This document shows, piece by piece, positions 19,840-29,144 of a DNA stretch of 64,000 nucleotides (within the stretch, counting starts at the first letter, position 1; each line of letters opens with the position of its first letter). The notes beneath the pieces were generated by a model. The model was not told the DNA's origin. It saw only the letters and a program-made list of their open reading frames with translations, and searched no databases. A program made the position numbers and the translations under genes. The stretch comes from Pirellulales bacterium. Its GTDB lineage: Bacteria > Planctomycetota > Planctomycetia > Pirellulales > UBA1268. The stretch spans positions 4,199 through 68,198 of the forward strand of contig JBIIOK010000002.1 in the NCBI GenBank assembly GCA_044336985.1. The letters run 5' to 3'.

Positions 19840-20748
19840 TCAGCGGCCGTCGGTCTCGCTGGCCGTGGCGTCGGCCGCGAAGAGCGGATCGACCGCACGC
19901 GCCTGCGGCCGGATCGCGAGCAGCCGCATCGTGGGCTCACCGGCGGTGCGATCACGGAAGAACGCATCTCCCACGGTGGAGGCGCCGTCGCCGGCAGGGC
20001 CCACGAGGAGCAGGGCGTCGGCGGGAATCGTGAGATCGAATCGCAGCCGGTCGAGCGTGTGCCGCCGCTGGCCGGTCTCCATGCGAAAGACTCCTTCCTC
20101 GCCCACCCACGATCGCTGCATCGGGCCGTGCTTGACGGTGGGCGTGAGTTCGAGCCGGACACGACCGTCGGCCGCCGGCCACGATTTGAGCGCGAACTGG
20201 GTGCTCGCCTCGCGGTAGGTGCCGCCGTGCATGTCCTCGCCGTCGTGCTCGAGCAGCACGAGTTCCCCGAGGCCGGTGGAGGCCACGATCTCGGTCTCGC
20301 GGCCCGGCAGAAGCCGCAATAGCCGCCGCGCCACGGCGGGGCTGGCCGTAGGGCCTTCCGGAAGCTGATCGGGTTGGGCCGTTGACTGCGGCTCCAATCG
20401 GGAGGCGAGCGCCGACGGCAGCGTGCCGGTGACCACGCCCGCCCGCAGGCCGTTGGCCGCGAGCCGTCGCCGTAGGGCGTCGTCGAGCGCCTGCTCATCG
20501 ACGAGTTTCCAGAGCTCCTCGCCGAGCTGCGCGTCGTGCTCGGCGCTCCGCACGAAGACCATCTCGATCGGGATCGTCTTCGGCGCCGGGCGAGTGGCGG
20601 CCGTCTCGCGGACATCGTCGCCGAGCACGGTCTCGAGCGGCTCGGGCTGCTGCCAGACGGAACTCGAGAGCAGCGTGAAGCGGCAGCCGCCCGCTGTGCA
20701 GGTGCAGAGCAGCACGAGGGTGAGGCAGGTCTTTGCGCGCGGGCGCAT
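19840..20748 (-). CDS. hypothetical lipoprotein
   Basis: ORF trimmed to MRPRAKTCLTLVLLCTCTAGGC (lipobox). No further motif recognised. Confidence 0.6.
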   Translation of the reverse strand: MRPRAKTCLTLVLLCTCTAGGCRFTLLSSSVWQQPEPLETVLGDDVRETAATRPAPKTIPIEMVFVRSAEHDAQLGEELWKLVDEQALDDALRRRLAANGLRAGVVTGTLPSALASRLEPQSTAQPDQLPEGPTASPAVARRLLRLLPGRETEIVASTGLGELVLLEHDGEDMHGGTYREASTQFALKSWPAADGRVRLELTPTVKHGPMQRSWVGEEGVFRMETGQRRHTLDRLRFDLTIPADALLLVGPAGDGASTVGDAFFRDRTAGEPTMRLLAIRPQARAVDPLFAADATASETDGR

Positions 20749-20853
20749 GGCGGCAGGTATCCGCGAAAGGGGGCGATCGGGGCGGGGAGGGTAGACGCGG
20801 CGCCGCGGGGGAGTCAACGCCGGCCGGCGGCCGTTTCGGGGCGGGATCCGAGA

Positions 20854-20875
20854 GTAGGGTAGGCTTCAGCCTGCC
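20854..20875 (+). repeat. family A hairpin repeat, GGTAGGC variant
   Basis: GTAGGGTAGGCTTCAGCCTGCC, directly upstream of B3. The same A-plus-B composite occurs at 4245-4407. Confidence 0.8.
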
Positions 20876-20894
20876 ATGCCCGTCTTCTGGCGGC

Positions 20895-21055
20895 GCATGT
20901 GCTGAACGGCCGCATTGGTCGCCGGAACGGCAGAAGTCGCCTTCGCGCTGCAATTTCTCCGCGCACGACCTACGAAGCTGCTGACCTCAGAAGGTCGAAA
21001 TTGCATACGCTCGTCGAGCTTCCGCCGATTCCGGCTCCTCAGCATCGCAAGTGAG
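20895..21055 (+). repeat. family B hairpin repeat, copy B3 (arms 20921-20936 and 21019-21035)
   Basis: GCCGGAACGGCAGAAG ... CATACGCTCGTCGAGCTTCCGCCGATTCCGGC. Confidence 0.8.
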
Positions 21056-21075
21056 CGTAGACCACATTGCCGGCT

Positions 21076-21846
21076 TCAGGAGACCGCCTTCACGGCGTTG
21101 GCGAAGATCGCCAGGCCTGCGCCCGCCGCGGTGGCGTCGAGCCGGCCGTTCCAGGCGGGATGCTGAATCGCGTCGATGAACCGCTCCGGGTGCGGCATCA
21201 TGCCGAGCACGCGGCCGGTCTCGTCACATGCGCCCGCCACGTCGGCGGCGGCGCCGTTGGGGTTCGCCGAGTGGCCGTGCGCGTCTTTGCCATAGCGCAG
21301 CACGAGCTGGCCGGCGGCGTCGAGCGCGGCGAGATCCTCGGGCGACCGCGTCACGAACCGCCCCTCGCCGTGCGCGATCGGCAGATCGAACGAGCTCTCG
21401 ATGCCCTGCAGGAAGAGGCATTTGCCCGGCAGCGCCTTCAGCGGCACCCAGCGGTCGATGAACCGCCCGGAATGATTGTGGGCGAGCGCCGCCCGCGGCT
21501 GGCCCGTGGCGGGATCGCCGAGCAGGAGGCCCGTCTGCAGGAGCACCTGGAAGCCGTTGCAGATGCCGAGCACGAGGCACCCCTTGTCGCGAAATTTCTT
21601 GAGCGCGTCGCCGAGCCGCAGCTTCAATTCCAACGCGAAGATGCGGCCGCTGGCGATGTCGTCGCCGTAGGAGAAGCCGCCGGGGATGCAGAGGATCTGG
21701 CAGTCGTCGGCGATCGCCGGCTTTTCCGCGAAGGCCCGCACGTGCACGCGGCGGGCGATGGCGCCGGCGCGTTCGAAGGCGTGCGCGGTCTCGTGGTCGC
21801 AGTTGGTGCCGGGGGCGCGGAGAATGAGGGCGCGGGGGGAGAGCAT
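21076..21846 (-). CDS. purQ: phosphoribosylformylglycinamidine synthase, glutaminase subunit
   Basis: GATase1 motifs LCIPGGFSYGDD, GICNGFQVL, PIAHGEGRF. The ATG overlaps the purL stop (TGATG). Confidence 0.93.
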   Translation of the reverse strand: MLSPRALILRAPGTNCDHETAHAFERAGAIARRVHVRAFAEKPAIADDCQILCIPGGFSYGDDIASGRIFALELKLRLGDALKKFRDKGCLVLGICNGFQVLLQTGLLLGDPATGQPRAALAHNHSGRFIDRWVPLKALPGKCLFLQGIESSFDLPIAHGEGRFVTRSPEDLAALDAAGQLVLRYGKDAHGHSANPNGAAADVAGACDETGRVLGMMPHPERFIDAIQHPAWNGRLDATAAGAGLAIFANAVKAVS

Positions 21847-24773
21847 CAAGACTCCTTCCTTTCACCGCGCCAGGCGCGGTCCAGCCGGTCCACGGCGATC
21901 GCGGCGCTGCCGCCGCTGGTCACGATCTCGAGTTGGCGGTCGCCGGTCACCTCGCCGATCCACGCCCAGGCCACGCCATCGACCGCCTCCGCAAAGGCAT
22001 CGGCCCCCGCGGCGGGCACCTCGCAGAGAAATCGGCCCGGCGTCTCGGTGAAGGCGATCGCGAAGTCGCGTGCGGCGCCGGAGGCGTCGCGGATCTCGGC
22101 GGGAACCCTCGCCAGTTCCAGGCGGGCCCCGAGGCCGCCGCCGATCGCCATCTCGGCGACTCCTGCGGCGAGCCCGCCATCGGAGCAATCGTGGCAGGCC
22201 GCGATGAGGCCCCCCTTGAGCGCGGCGGCGACGGCCGTGAAGACCGCGCGAATCGAAGCGGCATCGACCGGCGGCACGCGGCCTCCGCTCACGCGTCCGG
22301 TGAGGGCGAGCTGGCTGCCGGCGAGGTCGTCGCGGGAGATCCCCACGATCGCCAGGCGGTTGCCCGCCCGCTTGAGGTCGGGCGTGACCGTGCGCCGCAC
22401 GTCGTCCACCTGCCCCATCGCGGTCGCCAGCAGCGTGGGTGGGATCGAGATCTCGTGCTGCTTGCCGGCCGCATCGGTCCAAGCGAAGACATTATTGAGG
22501 CTGTCCTTGCCGCTCACGAAGGGCGCCGCAAACGCGATCGCCGTGTCGTGGCAGCCACGGCAGGCCTCGACGAGCGTGCCGAGCGAATCCTCGCGCCGGG
22601 TGTCGCCCCAGCAGAAGTTGTCGAGCAGCGCTATCTTCGCGGGATCGGCGCCCGCTGCGATGCAGTTGGCCATCGACTCCACGATCGCGCCGGCGGCCAT
22701 CTGGTAGGGATCGAGCCAGCCGAGCCGGTGGCGGATGCCGACGCCCAGCACGATGCCGCGGTCGCGGCCGAGCACGCCGCGGATCACGGTGCCGTCGGCG
22801 GGGCCTTCACCGGGGCCGAGCAGCGGCTTCACCACGCTCGCCCCCTGCACCTCGTGGTCGTATTGCCGGATGATCCATTCCTTGCTCGCCACGTCGGGTA
22901 GGCCGAGCACATCGATGAGCGACGAAGCGATTTCCTCCGCGCCGCCTGCCCGCCAGGCAGTCGGCTGCACGGCCGGCGGCACATGCCGCGATTTCAGTCG
23001 CAGCTTCGGCCGGCCCTCGTGGAGGAAGTGGCAGTCGAGGTCGCCGGCGGTGCGGCCCTCCCAGCGGAGCACGAGCCTTCCCGACCCGGTGAACGTGCCG
23101 ATCGCGGTCGCCTCCACGCCTTCGTCGGCGGCAACCCGCGCGAGCTTCTCCCAGTCGGCCGGCGCCACGGCGAGCACCATCCGCTCCTGCGCCTCCGAGA
23201 TCCAGACCTCGGTGGCGGAGAGGCCGTCATACTTGAGCGGCACCTTCTCGAGATCGACCGTCGCGCCGAGCTTCGCGCCCATCTCGCCAACGGCGCTCGA
23301 GAGCCCGCCGGCGCCGCAATCGGTGATCGCGTTGAAGAGCCGCTGCCGCGAGGCCTCGAGCACGAAGTCGGTGAGCGTCTTCTCGTGGATCGCGTGGCCG
23401 ATCTGTACCGAGCCTCCCGACTGGCTTTCGCTCGCGCTCGAGAGTTCCTCGCTCGAGAACGTGGCGCCGTGGATGCCATCGCGGCCGGTGCGGCCGCCGG
23501 CGACGACGACGAGGTCGCCCGGCTGCACCGTCGCATCGGCGGAGTTGCGCGGCATAATGCCGACGGTGCCGCAGAAGACGAGCGGGTTCATCGTGTAGCC
23601 GGGGTCGAAGGCGACGGCGCCGGCGATCGTGGGGATGCCCATGCGATTGCCGTAGTCGCGCACGCCCGCGACCACGCCGCCGAGCAGCCGCCGCGGATGG
23701 ATTACGCCCGGCGGCAGGTCCTCCGGCTTCGTGTCGGGCGGTCCCACGCAGAAGACGTCGAGGTTCGCGATCGGCTTCGCGCCGAGGCCCGTGCCGAGCA
23801 CGTCGCGGATCACGCCGCCGAGCCCCGTCGCGGCGCCGCCGTAGGGCTCGATCGCCGAGGGATGGTTGTGGGTCTCCACCTTCACGCAGATGTCGTGGTC
23901 GCCGTCGAACCGCACCACGCCCGAGTTGTCGCGAAACACGCTCACGCACCAGTCCTTGGCGCCGAGCGCCGCGCGCACCTTCTGCGTGGCGGCGAAGACC
24001 GTCTCCTTGAGCAGGTTGTCGTAGCGGGCGCTGCCGGCCGGACCCTCGTGGTCCACCGGGCTGCCGAGCGTCTTGTGGCAGCAGTGTTCGCTCCAGGTCT
24101 GTGCGATCGTCTCGAGCTCGATCTCGAAGGGATCGCGCGAGAGCGTGCGGAAGTGATCGCGGACGGCGTGGAGCTCGCGGGGCGTGAGCGCGAGGCACTT
24201 CTCGCGGCTGAGCTTTGCGAGCGCGGCGTCGTCGAGCCCCTCGAGCCGGATCGAATGCTGCTCGAACGACCACGGATTTCCGCCCGAGAGCGTCTTGAGC
24301 GCGAGCGGCCCGATCACCACGTCGTGGATCGCTTCGCTCGCCAGGAGCTTCCACGCGAGCCGTTGGGCGTCGGCCGGCGGGAGCGCGGGGAGCCAGTATT
24401 TGCGAACGCTGCGCACGGCGGTGGGCCGCAGGCCGAGGAGCGCCATCGCTTCCTGCGCGCTCTGCGCGGCCGGATCGGTGACGCCGGCCCGCGGCAGCAC
24501 GTGCAGTACGGTCGGCAGGTCGGCGGGGCCCGCGACCAAGGCGCCGTCGCCCACCGCGGCGATCGTGAACGACTCCGTGACGGGGTCGGCCAGGAGCGTG
24601 CCGGCGAGCCGTTCGGCGTCGGCCTTCGAGAGCTCCCCTTCGATCAGCCAGCCGGCGGCGGTGCGGCTCTTCGTGCAGCCGCCGATGCCGAGTTCGGCGG
24701 CGCCGGCGACAACGGCGCGGGCGGCATGGTCGGCATCGGGGTCGAGCAGGTGGACGTCAACTTCCCACAGCAT
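21846..24773 (-). CDS. purL: phosphoribosylformylglycinamidine synthase subunit PurL with two fused N-terminal PurS-like modules
   Basis: 975 aa. Roughly residues 1-75 and 95-165 look PurS-like (VDVHLLDP...LLADPVTESFTI and VLPRAGVTDPAAQ...LLASEAIHDVVIG), followed by the PurL core (ETIAQTWSEHCCHKT, ETHNHPSAIEPYGGA). Confidence 0.93.
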   Translation of the reverse strand: MLWEVDVHLLDPDADHAARAVVAGAAELGIGGCTKSRTAAGWLIEGELSKADAERLAGTLLADPVTESFTIAAVGDGALVAGPADLPTVLHVLPRAGVTDPAAQSAQEAMALLGLRPTAVRSVRKYWLPALPPADAQRLAWKLLASEAIHDVVIGPLALKTLSGGNPWSFEQHSIRLEGLDDAALAKLSREKCLALTPRELHAVRDHFRTLSRDPFEIELETIAQTWSEHCCHKTLGSPVDHEGPAGSARYDNLLKETVFAATQKVRAALGAKDWCVSVFRDNSGVVRFDGDHDICVKVETHNHPSAIEPYGGAATGLGGVIRDVLGTGLGAKPIANLDVFCVGPPDTKPEDLPPGVIHPRRLLGGVVAGVRDYGNRMGIPTIAGAVAFDPGYTMNPLVFCGTVGIMPRNSADATVQPGDLVVVAGGRTGRDGIHGATFSSEELSSASESQSGGSVQIGHAIHEKTLTDFVLEASRQRLFNAITDCGAGGLSSAVGEMGAKLGATVDLEKVPLKYDGLSATEVWISEAQERMVLAVAPADWEKLARVAADEGVEATAIGTFTGSGRLVLRWEGRTAGDLDCHFLHEGRPKLRLKSRHVPPAVQPTAWRAGGAEEIASSLIDVLGLPDVASKEWIIRQYDHEVQGASVVKPLLGPGEGPADGTVIRGVLGRDRGIVLGVGIRHRLGWLDPYQMAAGAIVESMANCIAAGADPAKIALLDNFCWGDTRREDSLGTLVEACRGCHDTAIAFAAPFVSGKDSLNNVFAWTDAAGKQHEISIPPTLLATAMGQVDDVRRTVTPDLKRAGNRLAIVGISRDDLAGSQLALTGRVSGGRVPPVDAASIRAVFTAVAAALKGGLIAACHDCSDGGLAAGVAEMAIGGGLGARLELARVPAEIRDASGAARDFAIAFTETPGRFLCEVPAAGADAFAEAVDGVAWAWIGEVTGDRQLEIVTSGGSAAIAVDRLDRAWRGERKES

Positions 24774-25614
24774 CGCGGTCTTCCTTGGCGGCTTTCAGGA
24801 GCGAGACGAGTCTCTTGCGGTCGTGCTTCTCGAGCGCGGAGAGCATCTTTTCGGTGGCGCCCGCGATCCGCGACAGCGCCTTGGCCACCATCGGCGCATT
24901 GTCGAGCAGGATGTCGGCCCAGAGATCGGGATCTCCGGCGGCGATCCGCGTCGTGTCGCGCCAGCCGCCGGCCGTGAGCTGCCTGGCCTCCGGGGGCGTG
25001 GCGGCGGCAATCGCGGCGGCGATCACGTGGGGGGCGTGGCTCGTGGCGGCGAGCAGCTGGTCGTGCTGCCGGGGCGGCATGACGAAGACGGTCGAGCCGA
25101 GCGCCGCCCAGAATCCTCCCACTTCCTCCACGTCGGTCGGCGGCGTGGCCTTGGCTGGCGTGACGACGGTGACTCTCCCCGCGAAGAGCTTCGCGTCGGC
25201 GGCGGCGGGCCCGCGCCGGTGGCTGCCGGCGATCGGGTGGCCGCCCACGAATCGACCGCGCCGCGTGCGGCGGCGCTTCTCCCAATGGGCGACGATCGAT
25301 TGCTTCGTGCTGCCGGCGTCGGTGATCAGCGTGCCGGGACGCACGGCGGCGTCGATCGCGTCGAGCATCGCGGGAATCGCGGCCACGCCCGTGGCCACGA
25401 CGACGAGGTCAGCCTCGGCGACGGCGGCCGCGAGATCGGTGGTCGTCTCCGTGACCGCGCCTGCCCGCTTCGCCTCGGCGAGCGATCCGGCAGAGCGTCC
25501 CACGCCGATGACGCGGCCGGCGAGACGGCGGGAGAGGGCCGCGAGGCCCACCGAGCCGCCGATCAGGCCCACTCCCACGATGGCGATGCGCGGCCAGTGA
25601 ACGGATGCTTTCAT
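24757..25614 (-). CDS. tyrA: prephenate dehydrogenase
   Basis: ORF trimmed to MKASVHWPRIAIVGVGLIGGS. GGHPIAG, HDQLLAATSHAPH. Overlaps the purL start by 17 nt. Confidence 0.88.
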   Translation of the reverse strand: MKASVHWPRIAIVGVGLIGGSVGLAALSRRLAGRVIGVGRSAGSLAEAKRAGAVTETTTDLAAAVAEADLVVVATGVAAIPAMLDAIDAAVRPGTLITDAGSTKQSIVAHWEKRRRTRRGRFVGGHPIAGSHRRGPAAADAKLFAGRVTVVTPAKATPPTDVEEVGGFWAALGSTVFVMPPRQHDQLLAATSHAPHVIAAAIAAATPPEARQLTAGGWRDTTRIAAGDPDLWADILLDNAPMVAKALSRIAGATEKMLSALEKHDRKRLVSLLKAAKEDRDAVGS

Positions 25615-25774
25615 CGCCGGGAAAGATGGTCCGGGTGGAACCGCAGGAAAACCTGTCGGGCGGGCTTTCGATGGCCGTCGCGCCCGGTTTTTACCAGATG
25701 CCGGGGGCATGTGTTAGGGTCGTGCGTTGCGGCCCACGGACGAGGCAATTTTTCCTGTGCGATACGTGAACGAG

Positions 25775-26785
25775 ATGCCGACCGCGCTGGTTGCCGACGT
25801 GCTCGGCCGGCTTGCGATCGCGCTGGCGGCGGGCGTCGACCCGCGGCGGGCGTGGGCGAGCGAATCGGCCCGTGTGCCGACGCGGCATCGGCCGCCGATG
25901 GAGGCAGCGTCGCGGGCGCTTGCGGACGGTGGCGGGATCGCCGACGCGATGCGGGCGGCCGACGGGGCGTTTCCGGCATTCGTGATCGGCATGGCGCAAG
26001 TGGGCGACGAGACCGGACACCAGGCGGAGACGCTCCGCGAACTCGCAAGCACGCTCCGGGGCATGGTGCGGTCGTCGCGGGCGCTCCGCTCGAGCCTCGT
26101 GTGGCCGGTGTTCCAGCTCGCGACGGCGTTCGGCGTGGTGGGGCTGCTCATTTTCCTCGCCGGCGTGCTCACTGACGGCAATGGCAAAGGCATCGACATC
26201 CTCGGCCTCGGGCTGGCGGGAGTCTCCGGGCTGGCGACCTATCTCGCCCTGCTGGGTGCGGCCGCGGTGATCGTCACTCTTGCGCTGCGGTGGGCGGTGG
26301 GCAGTTGGCGACGGCATGGCATCGCCCGTGCGATCGCCGCGCGGGTGCCCGTGCTGGGCGCCGCCTCCGCGGCGGCCGAGGCGGCGGCGTGGTGCCGGGC
26401 GGCGTCGCTCGCGAGCCACGCGGGATTGTCGGCGGGCAGGCTCGTGACACTCGCGTCGTCTGCCGCGCCGGGCGTGCGGATCGACGCCGTCGCGCTCGAA
26501 GACCGTCTGCGCGGCGGCGCGACGTTCGCGGAGGCGCTCGAGGAGACGGGCCGATTCCCCGAGCGGCTGCTGCATGCCGTGGCCGTCGGCGAGGCGACGG
26601 GCAACACGGCCGAGGTGCTCGACCGGATCGCGGGGGAATTCTACGACGAATCTCGGCGCGGCTTCGAGGCGACTGCCCGCGGGGCCGGGTTTGCGGTCTG
26701 GGCTGCCGTGGCCGGCCTGATCGCGCTCGTGATCTTCCGGATTTTCTCGTTTTACGTCGGGGCGATTCAGGATGCGGTCAGGTAG
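25775..26785 (+). CDS. type II secretion system F-domain (GspF/PilC-like) inner membrane protein
   Basis: The ORF opens with TTG at 25727; I prefer ATG 25775. Two T2SF-like repeats (FPAFVIGMAQVGDETG, FPERLLHAVAVGEATG) with TM segments. Confidence 0.75.
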   Translation: MPTALVADVLGRLAIALAAGVDPRRAWASESARVPTRHRPPMEAASRALADGGGIADAMRAADGAFPAFVIGMAQVGDETGHQAETLRELASTLRGMVRSSRALRSSLVWPVFQLATAFGVVGLLIFLAGVLTDGNGKGIDILGLGLAGVSGLATYLALLGAAAVIVTLALRWAVGSWRRHGIARAIAARVPVLGAASAAAEAAAWCRAASLASHAGLSAGRLVTLASSAAPGVRIDAVALEDRLRGGATFAEALEETGRFPERLLHAVAVGEATGNTAEVLDRIAGEFYDESRRGFEATARGAGFAVWAAVAGLIALVIFRIFSFYVGAIQDAVR

Positions 26786-26795
26786 GCTTGTGGCG

Positions 26796-27704
26796 ATGCA
26801 ACGCTGGCTCGCGATCGTCGTCGTGCTCTTCTCCGCGGTCCTCCGCGCCGATGAGACCACCGTACCGAAGAAGACGCAGCAGGAGCTGATGGCGGAGCGG
26901 GGGTATGTGCGCTACCGCGGCGGCTGGCGGACGGTGCAGGAGATCGAGCTCATCGAGCGGGCCGAGCGGGCGAATCTCGCGCGGATCGAATGGAAGGGGC
27001 GGCTCGAGCGGCTGCGGAAGCGGCTCGGCGAGGCCGGGCAGGCGGAGCAGGCCGCCGAGGAGATCAGCGAGATCGCCGATCCCTTTGCCGTGCCGGCGCT
27101 CACCGCGGCGGTGGCCAACGAGACGGAGCAGCGGGTGCGCGGCTTGTATGTGGAGGCGCTCTCGCGGATTCGCTCCCCCGACGCCACTCTGGCGCTGGCG
27201 ACGCTCGCCGTCGATCACGCCGATCCGGAGACGCGGATCGCCGCCACCGAGCGGCTCGTCGCGATCGGGCCAGAGCAGGTGATGCCGATGATCGCCGCGG
27301 CGCTGACGAGCCCCGACAACGCCCGCGTGAACCGTGCGGCCGAGGCCATTCAGCGGCTGGTGGAGCCGCAGCCGGCCGGGGGCTCCGCGCCCGGCGGGCC
27401 GCCGCGGCCGCTCGATGCGCAGCTCCTCGGCGCCTTGATCGCCGCGCTCCAGACGCAGCACATGGGGCTGGCCGGCGACGGCACTCCGGAGGGCTCGACG
27501 ACGGCCACGTTCACGCCGTCCGGTGGCGGCCTCTCGGTCGGCGGCGGCACGAAGAGGGTGAAGGTGTCGGTGCGCAACGACGCCGTGCTCGAGGCCCTCG
27601 TGGCGATCACGGGAGTCAACTTCGAATGGGACTCGGCAGCTTGGCGCACATGGCTCGCGAGCCGCGAGTCGCCGGCCGACTACGACCTGCGCCGCGGAAT
27701 GTAG
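26796..27704 (+). CDS. secreted HEAT-repeat protein
   Basis: Signal peptide MQRWLAIVVVLFSAVLRA. HEAT-like AVPALTAAV...VRGLYVEALSRI and ETRIAATERLVAIG. The stop TAG lies in a degenerate A unit. Confidence 0.7.
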   Translation: MQRWLAIVVVLFSAVLRADETTVPKKTQQELMAERGYVRYRGGWRTVQEIELIERAERANLARIEWKGRLERLRKRLGEAGQAEQAAEEISEIADPFAVPALTAAVANETEQRVRGLYVEALSRIRSPDATLALATLAVDHADPETRIAATERLVAIGPEQVMPMIAAALTSPDNARVNRAAEAIQRLVEPQPAGGSAPGGPPRPLDAQLLGALIAALQTQHMGLAGDGTPEGSTTATFTPSGGGLSVGGGTKRVKVSVRNDAVLEALVAITGVNFEWDSAAWRTWLASRESPADYDLRRGM

Positions 27705-27742
27705 AGGCAGGCTGAGGAACGACAGGCTGAAGCCTGTCCTAC
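27701..27742. repeat. family A units (degenerate 27701-27716 plus strand, 27721-27742 minus strand)
   Basis: Carry the stop codons of both convergent genes (TAG 27702-27704, CTA 27739-27741). Confidence 0.8.
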
Positions 27743-29070
27743 CGGCGGCGCTTGGGGAACCATTCGGCGTCGAGGACGAGCAGCGCGACGCGGTTCTCGA
27801 GGTTTGGCCGGAAGACCGTGAGCAGGAGCAGCGGCATGAACCAGGCCATGAAGAGGCCGCCGTTGTGGGCCTTCCAGAACTGGCTGCCCAGGAGCACGGC
27901 CGCCGAGCAGCTCAACAGCGTGCCGAGGTTCTTCGGCGATGGCCAGATCGCGAGCGTGGCCATCATCGCGACAAAGGCGGCGAGCACCGGCAGGCGAAAC
28001 ACCGCGTCGTTGTAAGGGAGCGCCCAGAAGCCCTCGAGCGACACCTCGTTGGGGAAGATCCACCCAAACATCTGCCGCAACTGCCCCAAAAAGACCGCTG
28101 CACTGGGCGACGTAAACCAGAGGGCCACCACGAGCAGGCCGAGCGCCGCAGCGATGCCGAGCAGGAAGCGGCGGATGCCTCGCTCCCAATAGAAGCTGCA
28201 CCACAGCGGCAGGAGGAAGACCGGATAATAGATCGTTCCGATCGCCAGGCCGATGAGCGACCCGCTGACGAGCGGCCGGCGGTAGGCGGCGATCGCCCAG
28301 ACGACGAGTGCGCCCGGCAGGGCGTGATCGACGCGGCCGGTCATCAGCGCGGTGTAGGGGAGCAGCAGGTAGAGCACGGCGGCGGCGATCCCGAGCCGCA
28401 CGTTCTCGAAGTGGAGCCAGCCGATCGCGATCATGCCCGCCACGATCGCCAACTGCGACAGGATCGCCATCACGCGGGCGGTGGTCTCATGGAGCACGCG
28501 GCGGTTGGTCTCGGTCGCCTCCTGGCCGACGACGCCCGCGTCGGCAGAGAAGATCCGCTGCGTGGAGATCTGCGGCAGGAGGAAGAGCAGGGGATAGCCG
28601 GGGCCGAGGCGGGCGAGCTGATCGGCGTCGACCTTGGCGTCGCGGGTCTCCAGCCTCGTCGCCGCCGCGGCGCCGGCGAGGTCGTCGCGCTGCGGCCGCG
28701 TGGTGATCACGTTGGCCAGGAGAAACACGAGCAGCGATGCGCCGAGAAACGTGAGCCCGCCACCGGAGAGGTTCGATTCGAGCAGCGGCCGCCTCACCAT
28801 CAGCGAATCGAAGAGCATCCGCAAGAGGAAGGCCGCCGACACGGCGAAGATCCAGATGAAGCCCATCTGCTGGACCGCGGCGCTCGCCTTGTAGCCGCCG
28901 TACTCGACGGCCAGAAGGCCCGGGGCCAGCAGCACCAGCCCGATGAGGTCGAGGTTGCGCACGCTCCAGAGCCGGTTGAACTTGAAGAAGAGCGCGATCG
29001 AGAGGAGCGACGAGAGGTAGAACCACGTCGTGGGATTGACGCGGTAATATTGAAACAAGATGTCGCTCAT
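27739..29070 (-). CDS. polytopic integral membrane protein, function unknown (443 aa)
   Basis: ORF 27739..31014 trimmed to MSDILFQYYRV. At least 9 hydrophobic segments. Confidence 0.75.
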   Translation of the reverse strand: MSDILFQYYRVNPTTWFYLSSLLSIALFFKFNRLWSVRNLDLIGLVLLAPGLLAVEYGGYKASAAVQQMGFIWIFAVSAAFLLRMLFDSLMVRRPLLESNLSGGGLTFLGASLLVFLLANVITTRPQRDDLAGAAAATRLETRDAKVDADQLARLGPGYPLLFLLPQISTQRIFSADAGVVGQEATETNRRVLHETTARVMAILSQLAIVAGMIAIGWLHFENVRLGIAAAVLYLLLPYTALMTGRVDHALPGALVVWAIAAYRRPLVSGSLIGLAIGTIYYPVFLLPLWCSFYWERGIRRFLLGIAAALGLLVVALWFTSPSAAVFLGQLRQMFGWIFPNEVSLEGFWALPYNDAVFRLPVLAAFVAMMATLAIWPSPKNLGTLLSCSAAVLLGSQFWKAHNGGLFMAWFMPLLLLTVFRPNLENRVALLVLDAEWFPKRRR

Positions 29071-29144
29071 GCCGCCAAGGTACGTTCCGGGAAAGGCTTT
29101 GGGAACGATTTCGAGCCGGGCGGCGGTTCCGGCAGCCTTTTCGG

